Source: a virus
Direction: 5' to 3' (one strand)
Length of the DNA stretch: 64,000 nucleotides
Virus record (IMG/VR): IMGVR_UViG_3300023210_000015
Location: 1 to 64,000 of that record
A program made the translations under genes and the position numbers. The notes under the pieces are model-generated. The model ran no database searches and was not told where the DNA came from. It saw only the letters and a program-made list of their open reading frames with translations. This document shows positions 1 through 8,881 of the stretch, piece after piece (the stretch's first letter is position 1; every line of letters begins with the position of its first letter).

Positions 1-177
1 AATTGAAGTTTCATCCACGAAATAAGAGAAGGCAAGTATAATGTAAAGGAAGGAGTCGTATGCAAAGGCGGCTCCGGTGGTAAAAAAGATTTGTGGATGT
101 GCAAAGTTAAGACGAACGAGTACCTACAAAAACTAAAGGACGTTTTCCACGATAAATGGAGAAATTTTTGGGAGTGA
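1..177 (+). CDS. 3' end of an RNA ligase-like (nucleotidyltransferase) gene, truncated by the window edge
   Basis: Frame 1 reads SFIHEIREGKYNVKEGVVCKGGSGGKKDLWMCKVKTNEYLQKLK...FWE*. EGVVxK and K-x-K resemble ligase motifs IV and V. There is an in-frame TGA at 4-6. Confidence 0.5.
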
Positions 178-181
178 TATT

Positions 182-1198
182 ATGGCTAAAGAAATGGGTA
201 AAAACGATTTAGGAGATATTTGGTGTACTCATTTGTGCCATGCTTGTTGGCGAGAAATAAAAGTGAAAAATTGGTTTTCTCCAGCAAGTTTTATATGTGA
301 TGATTGTGTATCTGGAAAAACAAAAATGCCTACAAAAGAATCTATACGACATTGGAACAAAGCAAAAAAAATTGCCAAAGAATTAGACGATAAAAATAAA
401 AGAAAGAGTGATATTATGGCTAAGATAAGCGGAACAAGAGAATGGGCTGTCGCTAATGCCAACTGCGTAAAAGGTTGTGGTCACGGCTGTATTTACTGTT
501 ATGCTAAATACAATGCTGTAAATCGTTTTCATACAGTACAGCCCGGAGAGTGGGAGAATGAAGTCATTGAATGGAATAAAGTCAACAAGATTTATCCCAA
601 AAAGAATGGGGCTATTATGTTCCCAACGCAGCATGACATCACCCCCAACACGTTAGAAGCATGTATCAAATGTATCAAAAACATCTTAGAGCCTGGCAAT
701 AAGGTTTTGATTGTTAGCAAGCCTCACTTGGAATGCGTAAAAGCCATGTGCAAAGCCTTGAGAGGATACAAGAACAATATTTTGTTCAGATTCACAATAG
801 GTTCCATGGAAAACAAGACTTTGAAATTCTGGGAACCTAATGCTCCATCGTTTGGAGAACGTTTTGACTCTTTGCAGTATGCATTCGACGCTGGCTTTGA
901 AACAAGTGTAAGTTGTGAGCCTATGTTAGATGCTTTCGTTGTACAGCTTTTCGATATGTTGTCGCCTTATGTCAAAGATGGAATTTGGATTGGTAAAATG
1001 AATAACATCAGGCAGAGAGTAAAATCTGAAAATTCAGAGGCAGAAAAAGCGATAGCATTGATCGAAGCTGGTCAGACAAAAGCAAAAATCTTTAATATTT
1101 ATGAAACCTTGAAAGACGATCCAAAAGTAAGATGGAAAGAATCTTTCAAGGAAGTATTGGGATTAGAATTGGCAAATGAAGCTGGAACTGATTTATAA
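182..1198 (+). CDS. Radical SAM protein, SPL/SplB-like (start may be ATG 416)
   Basis: CxxxCxxC motif (GCGHGCIYCYA), plus LIVSK, FTIGS, WEPNAPS..ER and SCEPML segments typical of the SPL-like family. Confidence 0.7.
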   Translation: MAKEMGKNDLGDIWCTHLCHACWREIKVKNWFSPASFICDDCVSGKTKMPTKESIRHWNKAKKIAKELDDKNKRKSDIMAKISGTREWAVANANCVKGCGHGCIYCYAKYNAVNRFHTVQPGEWENEVIEWNKVNKIYPKKNGAIMFPTQHDITPNTLEACIKCIKNILEPGNKVLIVSKPHLECVKAMCKALRGYKNNILFRFTIGSMENKTLKFWEPNAPSFGERFDSLQYAFDAGFETSVSCEPMLDAFVVQLFDMLSPYVKDGIWIGKMNNIRQRVKSENSEAEKAIALIEAGQTKAKIFNIYETLKDDPKVRWKESFKEVLGLELANEAGTDL

Positions 1199-1204
1199 AA
1201 AGTG

Positions 1205-1428
1205 AATAATATTTCGAGCCTACGCTGGCGAAAGCTGGAGGAAAGTCAGGATATCATTGCTCGAATGTGGGAGAGTATAACTCGTTTGAACCACAGAGGA
1301 TACAACACGAACAGACCTAGTGGGTGAGCAGCACTATAATGGTCGGGTAGTGGCAGCGGCGAGAGTCGCCACCGCAAGGTGAGATAAATGTAGGCATAGA
1401 ACAAGATCCTGCTTACGGAAATATTATT
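1205..1428 (+). ncRNA. rnpB: Miniature RNase P RNA
   Basis: P1 AATAATATTTCG/CGGAAATATTATT; P2 GCCTAC/GTAGGC; P3 with GAAA loop; CR-I GAGGAAAGTCAGGA pairing (P4) with CR-V AACAAGATCCTGCTTA; P5 TGCTC/GAGCA; AGATAAATG before the P2 3' strand. Confidence 0.85.
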
Positions 1429-1560
1429 TATTTTTTTGTAGTTTCTGGCTATAATGAAATGCGGGTTGGTGACAGACTGGAATGTACCTTGACAAATAAA
1501 AAAGGAAGATTGGCATTTGCGCCGAATGACTAATGGTAGTCTGCCATTAGGAGATTCAAT

Positions 1561-1989
1561 ATGCCAATTTGCAAGAAATGTGGTGATAAATTCCCAAATG
1601 CGATTTATATAGATGGTCAACGCAAAAAACTTGATACAAGACTATATTGTTTAACGTGTTCTCCGTATAAAAGTTATAATAAAAAAGGTAGCGGAAAGAA
1701 TAAAGAAGAAAAAACAGAATATTTTAAAAAATATTGTAGAAAAAGAAGATTAGAACGAAAACGACAACTTGTTGAACTTTTAGGAGGACAGTGTGAAATT
1801 TGTGGTTATCACAAAAACGATAAAGCCTTGTGCTTTCATCACAAAAATCCTAAGAAGAAAAAATTTGGATTAGCCGGAAAAAATATATGGATGCGTTCTT
1901 GGGAAACAATTGTTGAAGAAGCAGCAAAGTGCCAACTTCTGTGTGCCAATTGTCACACAGAATTACATGATGCGAATGAAACTTATTAG
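1561..1989 (+). CDS. HNH endonuclease with zinc ribbons, tRNA-associated
   Basis: CxxC pairs; GGQCEICGY...ALCFHHKNP...KCQLLCANCHTELH. Confidence 0.85.
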   Translation: MPICKKCGDKFPNAIYIDGQRKKLDTRLYCLTCSPYKSYNKKGSGKNKEEKTEYFKKYCRKRRLERKRQLVELLGGQCEICGYHKNDKALCFHHKNPKKKKFGLAGKNIWMRSWETIVEEAAKCQLLCANCHTELHDANETY

Positions 1990-2045
1990 GTAAAGTGTTC
2001 GGTTCTTACCCGAAAATATTGAGAGTTCGAATCTCTCCATTCGTA
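1972..2045 (+). tRNA. tRNA-Lys(CTT), overlapping the last codons of the HNH gene
   Basis: Acceptor GCGAATG/CATTCGT, D stem ACTT/AAGT, anticodon arm TTCGG-TTCTTAC-CCGAA, T arm GAGAG-TTCGAAT-CTCTC. Confidence 0.75.
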
Positions 2046-2067
2046 GTTTAGTTAACAGGAGTGTAAG

Positions 2068-2499
2068 ATGAAGGATATGTTTGTTGGAATATGGCTTTTA
2101 TTTAAGTGGCATTTTATGGGATGTTATGCTGGTAAGGTTATAGCGTATGACAAAGACGTTTTAGAGGAATTGTTAAATACTGGTATTCATGCTTGTAATA
2201 AAAATGAAGATTGTACTAAAAAAACTGTGCTTGATAAAAAGATCAGGTCTGGCGGTGCCGTATTCCTAAGCAATATGAAGTGGATAGGAGGGAGCGGTTC
2301 TGGACTAATTCCTTACGGCGAAAATGCAAAAAACGTAGAAGGCAGTTATAGGTCATTCGCAGATAGTGAGATAGATAAAGTTAATAAAATTCGCATTTAT
2401 GCCGGTGGGACGATAGTAGTTTTTTCTGTAGTTTTGTTTATATTTTGTTCTGTAATTAGTTCTATAATTAGTTCTTCAATTAGTGTTATGATATTTTAA
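2068..2499 (+). CDS. Hypothetical membrane protein
   Basis: AGGAG RBS; hydrophobic C-terminus. Confidence 0.55.
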   Translation: MKDMFVGIWLLFKWHFMGCYAGKVIAYDKDVLEELLNTGIHACNKNEDCTKKTVLDKKIRSGGAVFLSNMKWIGGSGSGLIPYGENAKNVEGSYRSFADSEIDKVNKIRIYAGGTIVVFSVVLFIFCSVISSIISSSISVMIF

Positions 2500-2503
2500 A
2501 GTT

Positions 2504-2575
2504 GTCCCTATAGTTCAACGGACAGAATAAATCTTTCCTAAAGATTAGGTCTAGGTTCGATTCCCCGTAGGAGTA
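2504..2575 (+). tRNA. tRNA-Arg(CCT), possibly degenerate
   Basis: Anticodon arm AATCT-TTCCTAA-AGATT and TTCGATT T loop; mismatches in the T and acceptor stems. Confidence 0.6.
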
Positions 2576-2590
2576 TTAAGGAGATTGTGT

Positions 2591-3022
2591 ATGTCTATCG
2601 ATAATTTTTACCCAAGAACCCCTTATTATTTTTTATCAAATTTTTCCACAAGCCCATTTGAGTTTATGGGGATAGAATATCAAACTGTTGAGCATTTCTA
2701 TCAAGCGGCAAAAACCATAACACCAGAAGCGGCAGAAAGTATTATTTCTGCTAGCACCGCTAAAGAAGCCAAAAAACTTGGCAAACATGTTATGATACGT
2801 ACTGATTGGGACGATATCAAATTGGGAGTTATGGAACTTGCTTTACGTTTAAAATTCCAAGATGATTACTTGAGGAAAAAGTTGTTAGATACAGGCGAAG
2901 AACATTTAGAAGAAGGGAACTATTGGGAGGACAGATTCTGGGGAACTGTCGATAATATAGGTGAGAACCATTTAGGTAAGTTGTTAATGAAATTGAGAGA
3001 AGAATATGGACAGGAAAATTAG
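2591..3022 (+). CDS. NADAR (YbiA-like) family protein
   Basis: FLSNF, TVEHFYQAAK, AKKLGK, WDDIK..VM..AL..KF, LEEGN..DRFWG, GENHLGKLLMKLR. Confidence 0.9.
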   Translation: MSIDNFYPRTPYYFLSNFSTSPFEFMGIEYQTVEHFYQAAKTITPEAAESIISASTAKEAKKLGKHVMIRTDWDDIKLGVMELALRLKFQDDYLRKKLLDTGEEHLEEGNYWEDRFWGTVDNIGENHLGKLLMKLREEYGQEN

Positions 3023-3425
3023 AGTTAGAGATCAAGAAGGCAACATTAAGCATATATCGTCAGATGACTTGGAGCAGGGAAAAATTATCCAAGAAGAACT
3101 AGATGAGAATCTTTTAACAAGAGTAGGTTTGGTTTTCGCTGAAATAAAAGATGTCTTAATATCAGAAGCAGAAAAAATAGGCACATTAGAACAATTCGAA
3201 ATGCTTTTTATGCGTAGCGATGATCCCGAAAAAGATATTGAAACATGGGAAGACATTGTTAGGTCGTATAAGCTGGCCCAAAAATATTTTGGTCCGAGAG
3301 AAGAAATTCGCAGGATTATTTTTCGCATTCTTATGTTTTATGTTGTTGATGCCCTTTCAGATGAAGAGAATGAAAGGGAAGATGTGAAATTAATCAAGAA
3401 AATATATGACAACCTGCGAAAATAA
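3006..3425 (+). CDS. Hypothetical protein
   Basis: ORF overlapping its neighbours in an operon-like arrangement. Confidence 0.55.
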   Translation: MDRKIRVRDQEGNIKHISSDDLEQGKIIQEELDENLLTRVGLVFAEIKDVLISEAEKIGTLEQFEMLFMRSDDPEKDIETWEDIVRSYKLAQKYFGPREEIRRIIFRILMFYVVDALSDEENEREDVKLIKKIYDNLRK

Positions 3426-5439
3426 AGAAACCAAACAACCGACTTTTTACAGACAACAGTTTCCCACTAAATTATCATCTCCGTTTGTTGTTTCAGGGCC
3501 ATCCATTAAGGGTAATGCTCCACCTGTAGCCGCCAGGAGGCAGAATACAGGAAAACAGCAGCAACAACCTAGCATGAAAAGAAAACTCATCCTGGAGTCT
3601 CACCAGAGTCCTGGTGACATTCTGATGTTGTCTGCTGCTATCAGAGATTTGCAAAAAGCATATCCTAATAGATTTCTTATTGATGTGAGAACTTCTGCTA
3701 AAGCAGTATGGGATAATAACCCATATCTTGTAGATATTAGCAAAATGGATACTGGTGCTAAATTTATAGAATGCCATTATCCTTTAGTGCATCGCAGCAA
3801 TCAATCTCCTTATCATTTTATTCATGGATATAGGAAGTTTTTAGAAGATGAATTAGGATTGCGTATACCTGCTACGGCATTTAAAGGCGATATCCATCTG
3901 ACCAAAAGAGAAAAAGGCAATTGTTTATTGGAGGAAAAGGGCATTGAGGGAGATTTCTGGCTAATAGTTGCTGGTGGTAAATATGATTATACTTGTAAAT
4001 TTTGGCCACCTGATTATTATCAAAAAGTTGTTGATCATTTTAAGGGGAAGATACAGTTTGTACAAGTCGGAAAAAAAGAACATTTTCATCCAAAGCTAAA
4101 AGGAGTTATAGACTTGGTTGGGAATACGACACTTCGAGAACTTATTGTATTGACGCATCATGCTTCTGGTGTAATATCTCCTGTTACATTTGCTATGCAT
4201 TTAGCGGCAGCAGTTGAGACTAAACCTGGCAAACCAAAAAATCGTGCTGCCGTTATTATATCTGGTGGTAGAGAGCCTGTGCAATGGGAAGCGTATCCTT
4301 ATCACAGATTCTTAGCAGTTAATGGCTCTTTAAACTGTTGTGATGGCGGTGGGTGCTGGAGATCAAGATGTACGAAGGTTAATGATAAAGACGCAAAGAA
4401 CTGGAGAAAAACGTGTCTTTACCCAGTCGAAATAGGTGAATCAAAAACAAAATATCCTACAGATAAGATTAAAGATGGTTTAAAGATATCGAAATGTATG
4501 TACATGATTAAACCAAAGGATGTGATTAGGGCGGTTGAAACGTATTATGAGGGCAACATGTTAATCTATAAAAATTCGAAAAGAACAGCACATTATCAAA
4601 AATCAGAAAATGAGATAAAAGATGCCATTGATGTCAAACAATTGTATAAATTCTTTGGACTTAGGCGAACTGGTAATCACGCTATCTCGTACTGGATTTT
4701 CCCAATGTTACCTAAAGAAGTTCTTTACGTCAGTAACGCTGATGCTTTTAAAAATCCTTTTGAATATTATTACTTCTTAGAATCATCGAAATCTATTAAG
4801 TCAGATGCTTCCAATGTCGTGAAAATTGATGGAGAGATATACAGAGATCAACTACACGAATACAATGATTTTGTGTTTGTATCATATGAAGATTTTGATG
4901 TGGGAAATCCTCGTATCGATAATGTTATTCCGTATGCTCAATCTGGGATTAATCCGCTGAAAGAAACAAAAATACTTGTTCTACGCGATCATTTCAACTT
5001 AATTGCCAGTAGACTTAAAAACAAAGTTAATTTCATTCGTAATTCTACTGTAAAAGACAGTGCGCGGATATTGAATATGTGGAAGAATTACGCAAGAGAA
5101 TTTTTGAAAGACAAGTCTGATTTCTTGTGCATCAATTATAACACATGGTGTGTCAGTGAGGACTATCGTAAAGAAATTAGCAAAACTCTTGGATTAGATT
5201 TTTGTGATAAAGGACATAAATACGTTGCTCCTCAAGGTGGCGGTAGTAGCTTTGATAAGAGAGACTTTAATGGTAAAGCGAATGAAATGAAAGTGTTTGA
5301 TCGTTGGAAAGTTGTTGCTGATGACTCATTGTTCAAAGAAATCGTTTTTGATGAAGAATGCATTGAATTGAGCAAAAAGGTATTCGGAGACACAATGGAT
5401 ACTGATGCGATTTTGAAAGAACTTGGGTATGGAAAATAA
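3406..5439 (+). CDS. GT9 (heptosyltransferase-like) glycosyltransferase fused to a sulfotransferase-like domain
   Basis: SPGDILMLSAAIRDL, FVQVG, IDLVGNTTLRELI, MHLAAA; C-terminal FFGLRRTGNHAI and LVLRDHFN..ASR. Confidence 0.75.
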   Translation: MTTCENKETKQPTFYRQQFPTKLSSPFVVSGPSIKGNAPPVAARRQNTGKQQQQPSMKRKLILESHQSPGDILMLSAAIRDLQKAYPNRFLIDVRTSAKAVWDNNPYLVDISKMDTGAKFIECHYPLVHRSNQSPYHFIHGYRKFLEDELGLRIPATAFKGDIHLTKREKGNCLLEEKGIEGDFWLIVAGGKYDYTCKFWPPDYYQKVVDHFKGKIQFVQVGKKEHFHPKLKGVIDLVGNTTLRELIVLTHHASGVISPVTFAMHLAAAVETKPGKPKNRAAVIISGGREPVQWEAYPYHRFLAVNGSLNCCDGGGCWRSRCTKVNDKDAKNWRKTCLYPVEIGESKTKYPTDKIKDGLKISKCMYMIKPKDVIRAVETYYEGNMLIYKNSKRTAHYQKSENEIKDAIDVKQLYKFFGLRRTGNHAISYWIFPMLPKEVLYVSNADAFKNPFEYYYFLESSKSIKSDASNVVKIDGEIYRDQLHEYNDFVFVSYEDFDVGNPRIDNVIPYAQSGINPLKETKILVLRDHFNLIASRLKNKVNFIRNSTVKDSARILNMWKNYAREFLKDKSDFLCINYNTWCVSEDYRKEISKTLGLDFCDKGHKYVAPQGGGSSFDKRDFNGKANEMKVFDRWKVVADDSLFKEIVFDEECIELSKKVFGDTMDTDAILKELGYGK

Positions 5440-6436
5440 ACATATTATTTATCCAGGAAGGTCTACAGATATTTCCGAACCTGTTGTTAAAGAGAAATTT
5501 ACAGATTTTGATATAGATTTAGTTTATACATGGGTAGATGGTGATGATGCTGAACACCTGAAAAAACGTAAAAAATGGCAAAATATTTTGCATGGTAGAG
5601 GGGCTACTAGCACTATCAGATTTAGCAATAATGGGGAATTGCGATATTCCATGCGATCTGTTTACAAATTTCTTCCTTGGATTAAGCACATATATATAAT
5701 AACAGATGGGCAGAGGCCACCGTGGTTGAATACAGATCACAACAGAATACGTATAGTCGATCACAAAGAGGTATTTAAGGATCATTCTTGTTTGCCATCT
5801 TTCAGTTCTAATGCTATTGAAGCAAACATAGATAATATCGAAGGGCTTTCTGAATATTTTATATATATGAATGATGATTGTTTTATCAATAAGTTGCAAT
5901 CAAAAAGGCGGTTTTTTTCTGAAGATGGAAAATGTATAATATATACTAATAGGCAAAATGTTTCTAAGGATGGCATATCTAGAAAAACGCCGCCCCATAA
6001 AGCTGCATTACGCAACTCTAATAAATTACTTGATCAACAATTTATAAGAGAAGGACGCAAAAAAGTTATTCATCAAGCCATACCATGCCTTAAAAGTGTA
6101 ATAAAATATTGTAAAAAGGTTTTTGTGGATCAGATTTATAAAAATTGTAAAAGTAAATTTCGTTCTAATGATTCTCTTGCGATGACTAATCTGCTTTATC
6201 CATATGCTTCTATATATATGAATAAAGGAAAAAGGTTAACGCATATCTCGCAAATTTTTTCTAGTCTTAATAGTAACATGCTTAATAATGCAGTGAAATT
6301 ACAAAGAATTGAAAACGAAAACCCAGATTTCTTTTGTTTCAACGATATGATTAGAGGCAATAGAGAAACTGTTATTAAGCAGTTCAATTCCTTTTTGGGA
6401 GAAAAATTTACTAGCCAAGCACCGTGGGAGATGTAA
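5429..6436 (+). CDS. Stealth family hexose-1-phosphate transferase
   Basis: DIDLVYTWVDG, ELRYSMRSV..FLPWI..IYIIT..Q.P.WL, FSSNAIE, YFIYMNDD, FFCFND. Confidence 0.9.
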   Translation: MENKHIIYPGRSTDISEPVVKEKFTDFDIDLVYTWVDGDDAEHLKKRKKWQNILHGRGATSTIRFSNNGELRYSMRSVYKFLPWIKHIYIITDGQRPPWLNTDHNRIRIVDHKEVFKDHSCLPSFSSNAIEANIDNIEGLSEYFIYMNDDCFINKLQSKRRFFSEDGKCIIYTNRQNVSKDGISRKTPPHKAALRNSNKLLDQQFIREGRKKVIHQAIPCLKSVIKYCKKVFVDQIYKNCKSKFRSNDSLAMTNLLYPYASIYMNKGKRLTHISQIFSSLNSNMLNNAVKLQRIENENPDFFCFNDMIRGNRETVIKQFNSFLGEKFTSQAPWEM

Positions 6437-6437
6437 A

Positions 6438-6839
6438 ATGATATTGTACACAGCAGGATACAACAATTGGGTTGATGATGATTTCTTCAAAACTCTACGA
6501 GAATTAAACGAAGACTATGTTGTGATTGATGTGAGATTTTCTCCTTTTTCAAAGATGCCGTGGTGGACCAAGAAAGCATTATCAAATGAATTAGGAGAAT
6601 CTTATATACATATGGGAAAACTCGGCAATATAAACTACAATAGTGTTAACTCTCTTATAAAAATCGCGGATATAGAAACATGTGAAAAAGTAATACAGAT
6701 CATGAATAAAGGGTTTGTTTGTATATTGTTGTGTGCTTGTGATGAATATGATAAATGTCATCGCAAAATTGTTGCAGAAGAAATACAAAAAAGGACTGAT
6801 TGCAAAATAAGACAATTAGAAGAATTACATGAAGATTAA
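6438..6839 (+). CDS. DUF488 family protein
   Basis: LYTAGY, VIDVRFSPFS, YIHMGKLG, LLCAC...CHRKIVAE. Confidence 0.8.
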   Translation: MILYTAGYNNWVDDDFFKTLRELNEDYVVIDVRFSPFSKMPWWTKKALSNELGESYIHMGKLGNINYNSVNSLIKIADIETCEKVIQIMNKGFVCILLCACDEYDKCHRKIVAEEIQKRTDCKIRQLEELHED

Positions 6840-7725
6840 GTTAAAACAACATGTTATTAATTCGGAATCTAATGCGGTTATCTTAGGGGCTAATTCTACA
6901 GGGCTAGGAGGTAAACTCAAAACAATAGCATGGGGATTGGCTTTATCTGAAGTCAGCAATTCTGATTATGTTTTTATATGGAAATTGAATAATGAATGTG
7001 GTGGAAAAGATATGATTCCTGATCGATTAATAAAAAATGTCAATTTCTTTGTTCCTGATGTATTTGACAAAACGGTGGTGGATGAGTTTAAAAAAGAGAC
7101 TCCGGATTGTAAAATCGCTTTTGATTTTGTTACTGGTGTTCACAGGGATCACCCAAATAGAGACATAAAGAAATTTGCACGCGAATACAAAGTGAAAATT
7201 CGTTGCGGTATTGGCAAGGCCGTATATTGTGTATATGGACAAAAAAATCGATGGAAAAAGAGATTTATGGAGTCATTAAGAAAAATACAACCTACAGATG
7301 AAGTTCTTAGCAAAAATAATGCTTTTAAAGAGTATAATGTAGAAGACATGGTTGGTGTCCATGTGCGATCAGGAGATGTTTTACAACTGAAAAAGAACAA
7401 TTTAGTTTATGGGAGAAGATATAATAGAAAATATGTTGGACCTAAGAAGTTCTTTAAATTTATAGATGAAAATTGTGATAAGCAATGTAAATTGTTTCTT
7501 TGTACAGAAGAAAAGTTTATTATAAAGAAATTCCAAAAAAGATACGGAGACAGAGTGATATTCAGGTCGATGTCTGATTATCAAAGGATATCTTTAAACG
7601 ATATACAAACTGCTTATGCCGATATGATTATGTTATCTAAGTGCAAATATATCATTGGTAGTAAAAGCCAGTTTTCTGATATATCTGCGTGGATAGGCGG
7701 CAGGAAAAAACATTTAATATCATGA
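6829..7725 (+). CDS. NodZ/GT11-like fucosyltransferase, paralog 1
   Basis: GLGGKL, VGVHVRSGD, LFLCTE, AYADMIMLSKC.YIIGS.SQFS. Confidence 0.7.
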   Translation: MKIKLKQHVINSESNAVILGANSTGLGGKLKTIAWGLALSEVSNSDYVFIWKLNNECGGKDMIPDRLIKNVNFFVPDVFDKTVVDEFKKETPDCKIAFDFVTGVHRDHPNRDIKKFAREYKVKIRCGIGKAVYCVYGQKNRWKKRFMESLRKIQPTDEVLSKNNAFKEYNVEDMVGVHVRSGDVLQLKKNNLVYGRRYNRKYVGPKKFFKFIDENCDKQCKLFLCTEEKFIIKKFQKRYGDRVIFRSMSDYQRISLNDIQTAYADMIMLSKCKYIIGSKSQFSDISAWIGGRKKHLIS

Positions 7726-7892
7726 AGCCTAAATCTAAAAAAGAGGCGTGGTTATTTAAGCATTTTAAAGACCCTACAAATGGGGACGATCAGATGCTAG
7801 ATAGGGATGTGCGCCGATTAAGAAAGATGTGGAAGAGGAAAAGGACTAAGATGTTGAGAAGAATACACAAGAGGGTAGATAATGAAAGATAA
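7722..7892 (+). CDS. Small basic hypothetical protein
   Basis: ATGA overlap with the upstream gene and overlap with the downstream gene. Confidence 0.45.
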   Translation: MKPKSKKEAWLFKHFKDPTNGDDQMLDRDVRRLRKMWKRKRTKMLRRIHKRVDNER

Positions 7893-8583
7893 TTTGACTG
7901 ACTATAAAGAATTCCCTGGTCCTAAAGAGTTTTTTGATATAAAAACTCCGGCTGTGTTTAATACCCTTATAGATAAAGGTATGACAGAAAATAGTTTTCT
8001 ACTTGATGTCGGGTGTGGCCCGTTAAGAATCGGTAGGCATTTAATAATTTTTTTATCTCCTAATAGATATTATGGGTTGGAACCTAACAAAAAGATGGTT
8101 AAATTGGGACTGAAGAATGAGGTTAAAAAAAAATATGGATCACATCTTTTACAACACAAAAATCCTCTTTTTACTTATAACAGTGATTTTGATTTAACAG
8201 ATTTTGATGGTGTACTGTTTAACATAGTTTTGGCTCACCAAGTTTTTATTCATTGTGGTCCTCAACAATTACAACAATTTCTTAGAAATATTTGTCCTTT
8301 TTTGGCTCCAGATGCTTCTATATTATTAACTATCAAAATAGGGGAAGAAAATTTTGCAAGAGGAACAAATAAGATGTATAAAGGAGCATCTCATGAAGCG
8401 GTGTGTTATACTGAAAAGGCTTTTCATAAGATATTAAATCAACATGGTTTTTTAGGTATAGTTGTTAAAAGAAAAAAACCTCATTCCATTATTCATAAGA
8501 AAAGAGGCTTAATTCAAACATGGTTTATGTTATCTTCTAAAAGGATAGATAATGAAAAAGAATCCACAGAGCCTATTTCATGA
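7882..8583 (+). CDS. Class I SAM-dependent methyltransferase
   Basis: LLDVGCGPLRIG, YYGLEP, VLAHQVFIH. Confidence 0.85.
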   Translation: MKDNLTDYKEFPGPKEFFDIKTPAVFNTLIDKGMTENSFLLDVGCGPLRIGRHLIIFLSPNRYYGLEPNKKMVKLGLKNEVKKKYGSHLLQHKNPLFTYNSDFDLTDFDGVLFNIVLAHQVFIHCGPQQLQQFLRNICPFLAPDASILLTIKIGEENFARGTNKMYKGASHEAVCYTEKAFHKILNQHGFLGIVVKRKKPHSIIHKKRGLIQTWFMLSSKRIDNEKESTEPIS

Positions 8584-8881
8584 GTTGGTAAAGCGAATTC
8601 AGTTTTATGCTGGTTGCAGAACGGAAGAATTCGAAATTGAAATGTATCGTCGTGATGGCAGAGAAATACCTGATAAGTTATTGCCAGGAAGAATGCTTGA
8701 ACGCATGAAAAAAAATATGACAGATGAAGAGAAAAAGGCTTTGAAAGAGATAACTTCTGATATGGCCGCTAATACTTGGTGGCCTAAATGCGAAATATTT
8801 GAAGAAGAAAATTGGGATAAAGAGAATAATAGACCTAGAGATGATTATTGGGACAGATATAAAAAACGTCCTAAAAAGTAA
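8552..8881 (+). CDS. Hypothetical protein
   Basis: ORF with an AAGGA RBS in an operon. Confidence 0.5.
   Translation: MKKNPQSLFHELVKRIQFYAGCRTEEFEIEMYRRDGREIPDKLLPGRMLERMKKNMTDEEKKALKEITSDMAANTWWPKCEIFEEENWDKENNRPRDDYWDRYKKRPKK

Noticed and set aside
1459-1533. Arg/Lys leader peptide (MRVGDRLECTLTNKKGRLAFAPND) for the tRNA-Lys/Arg genes
   Set aside because: No RBS, and its codons (CGG, AGA, AAA) do not match the CTT and CCT anticodons. Too weak to support.
1246-1620. 124-aa minus-strand ORF
   Set aside because: It is antisense to the RNase P RNA and HNH start, with no protein motif.
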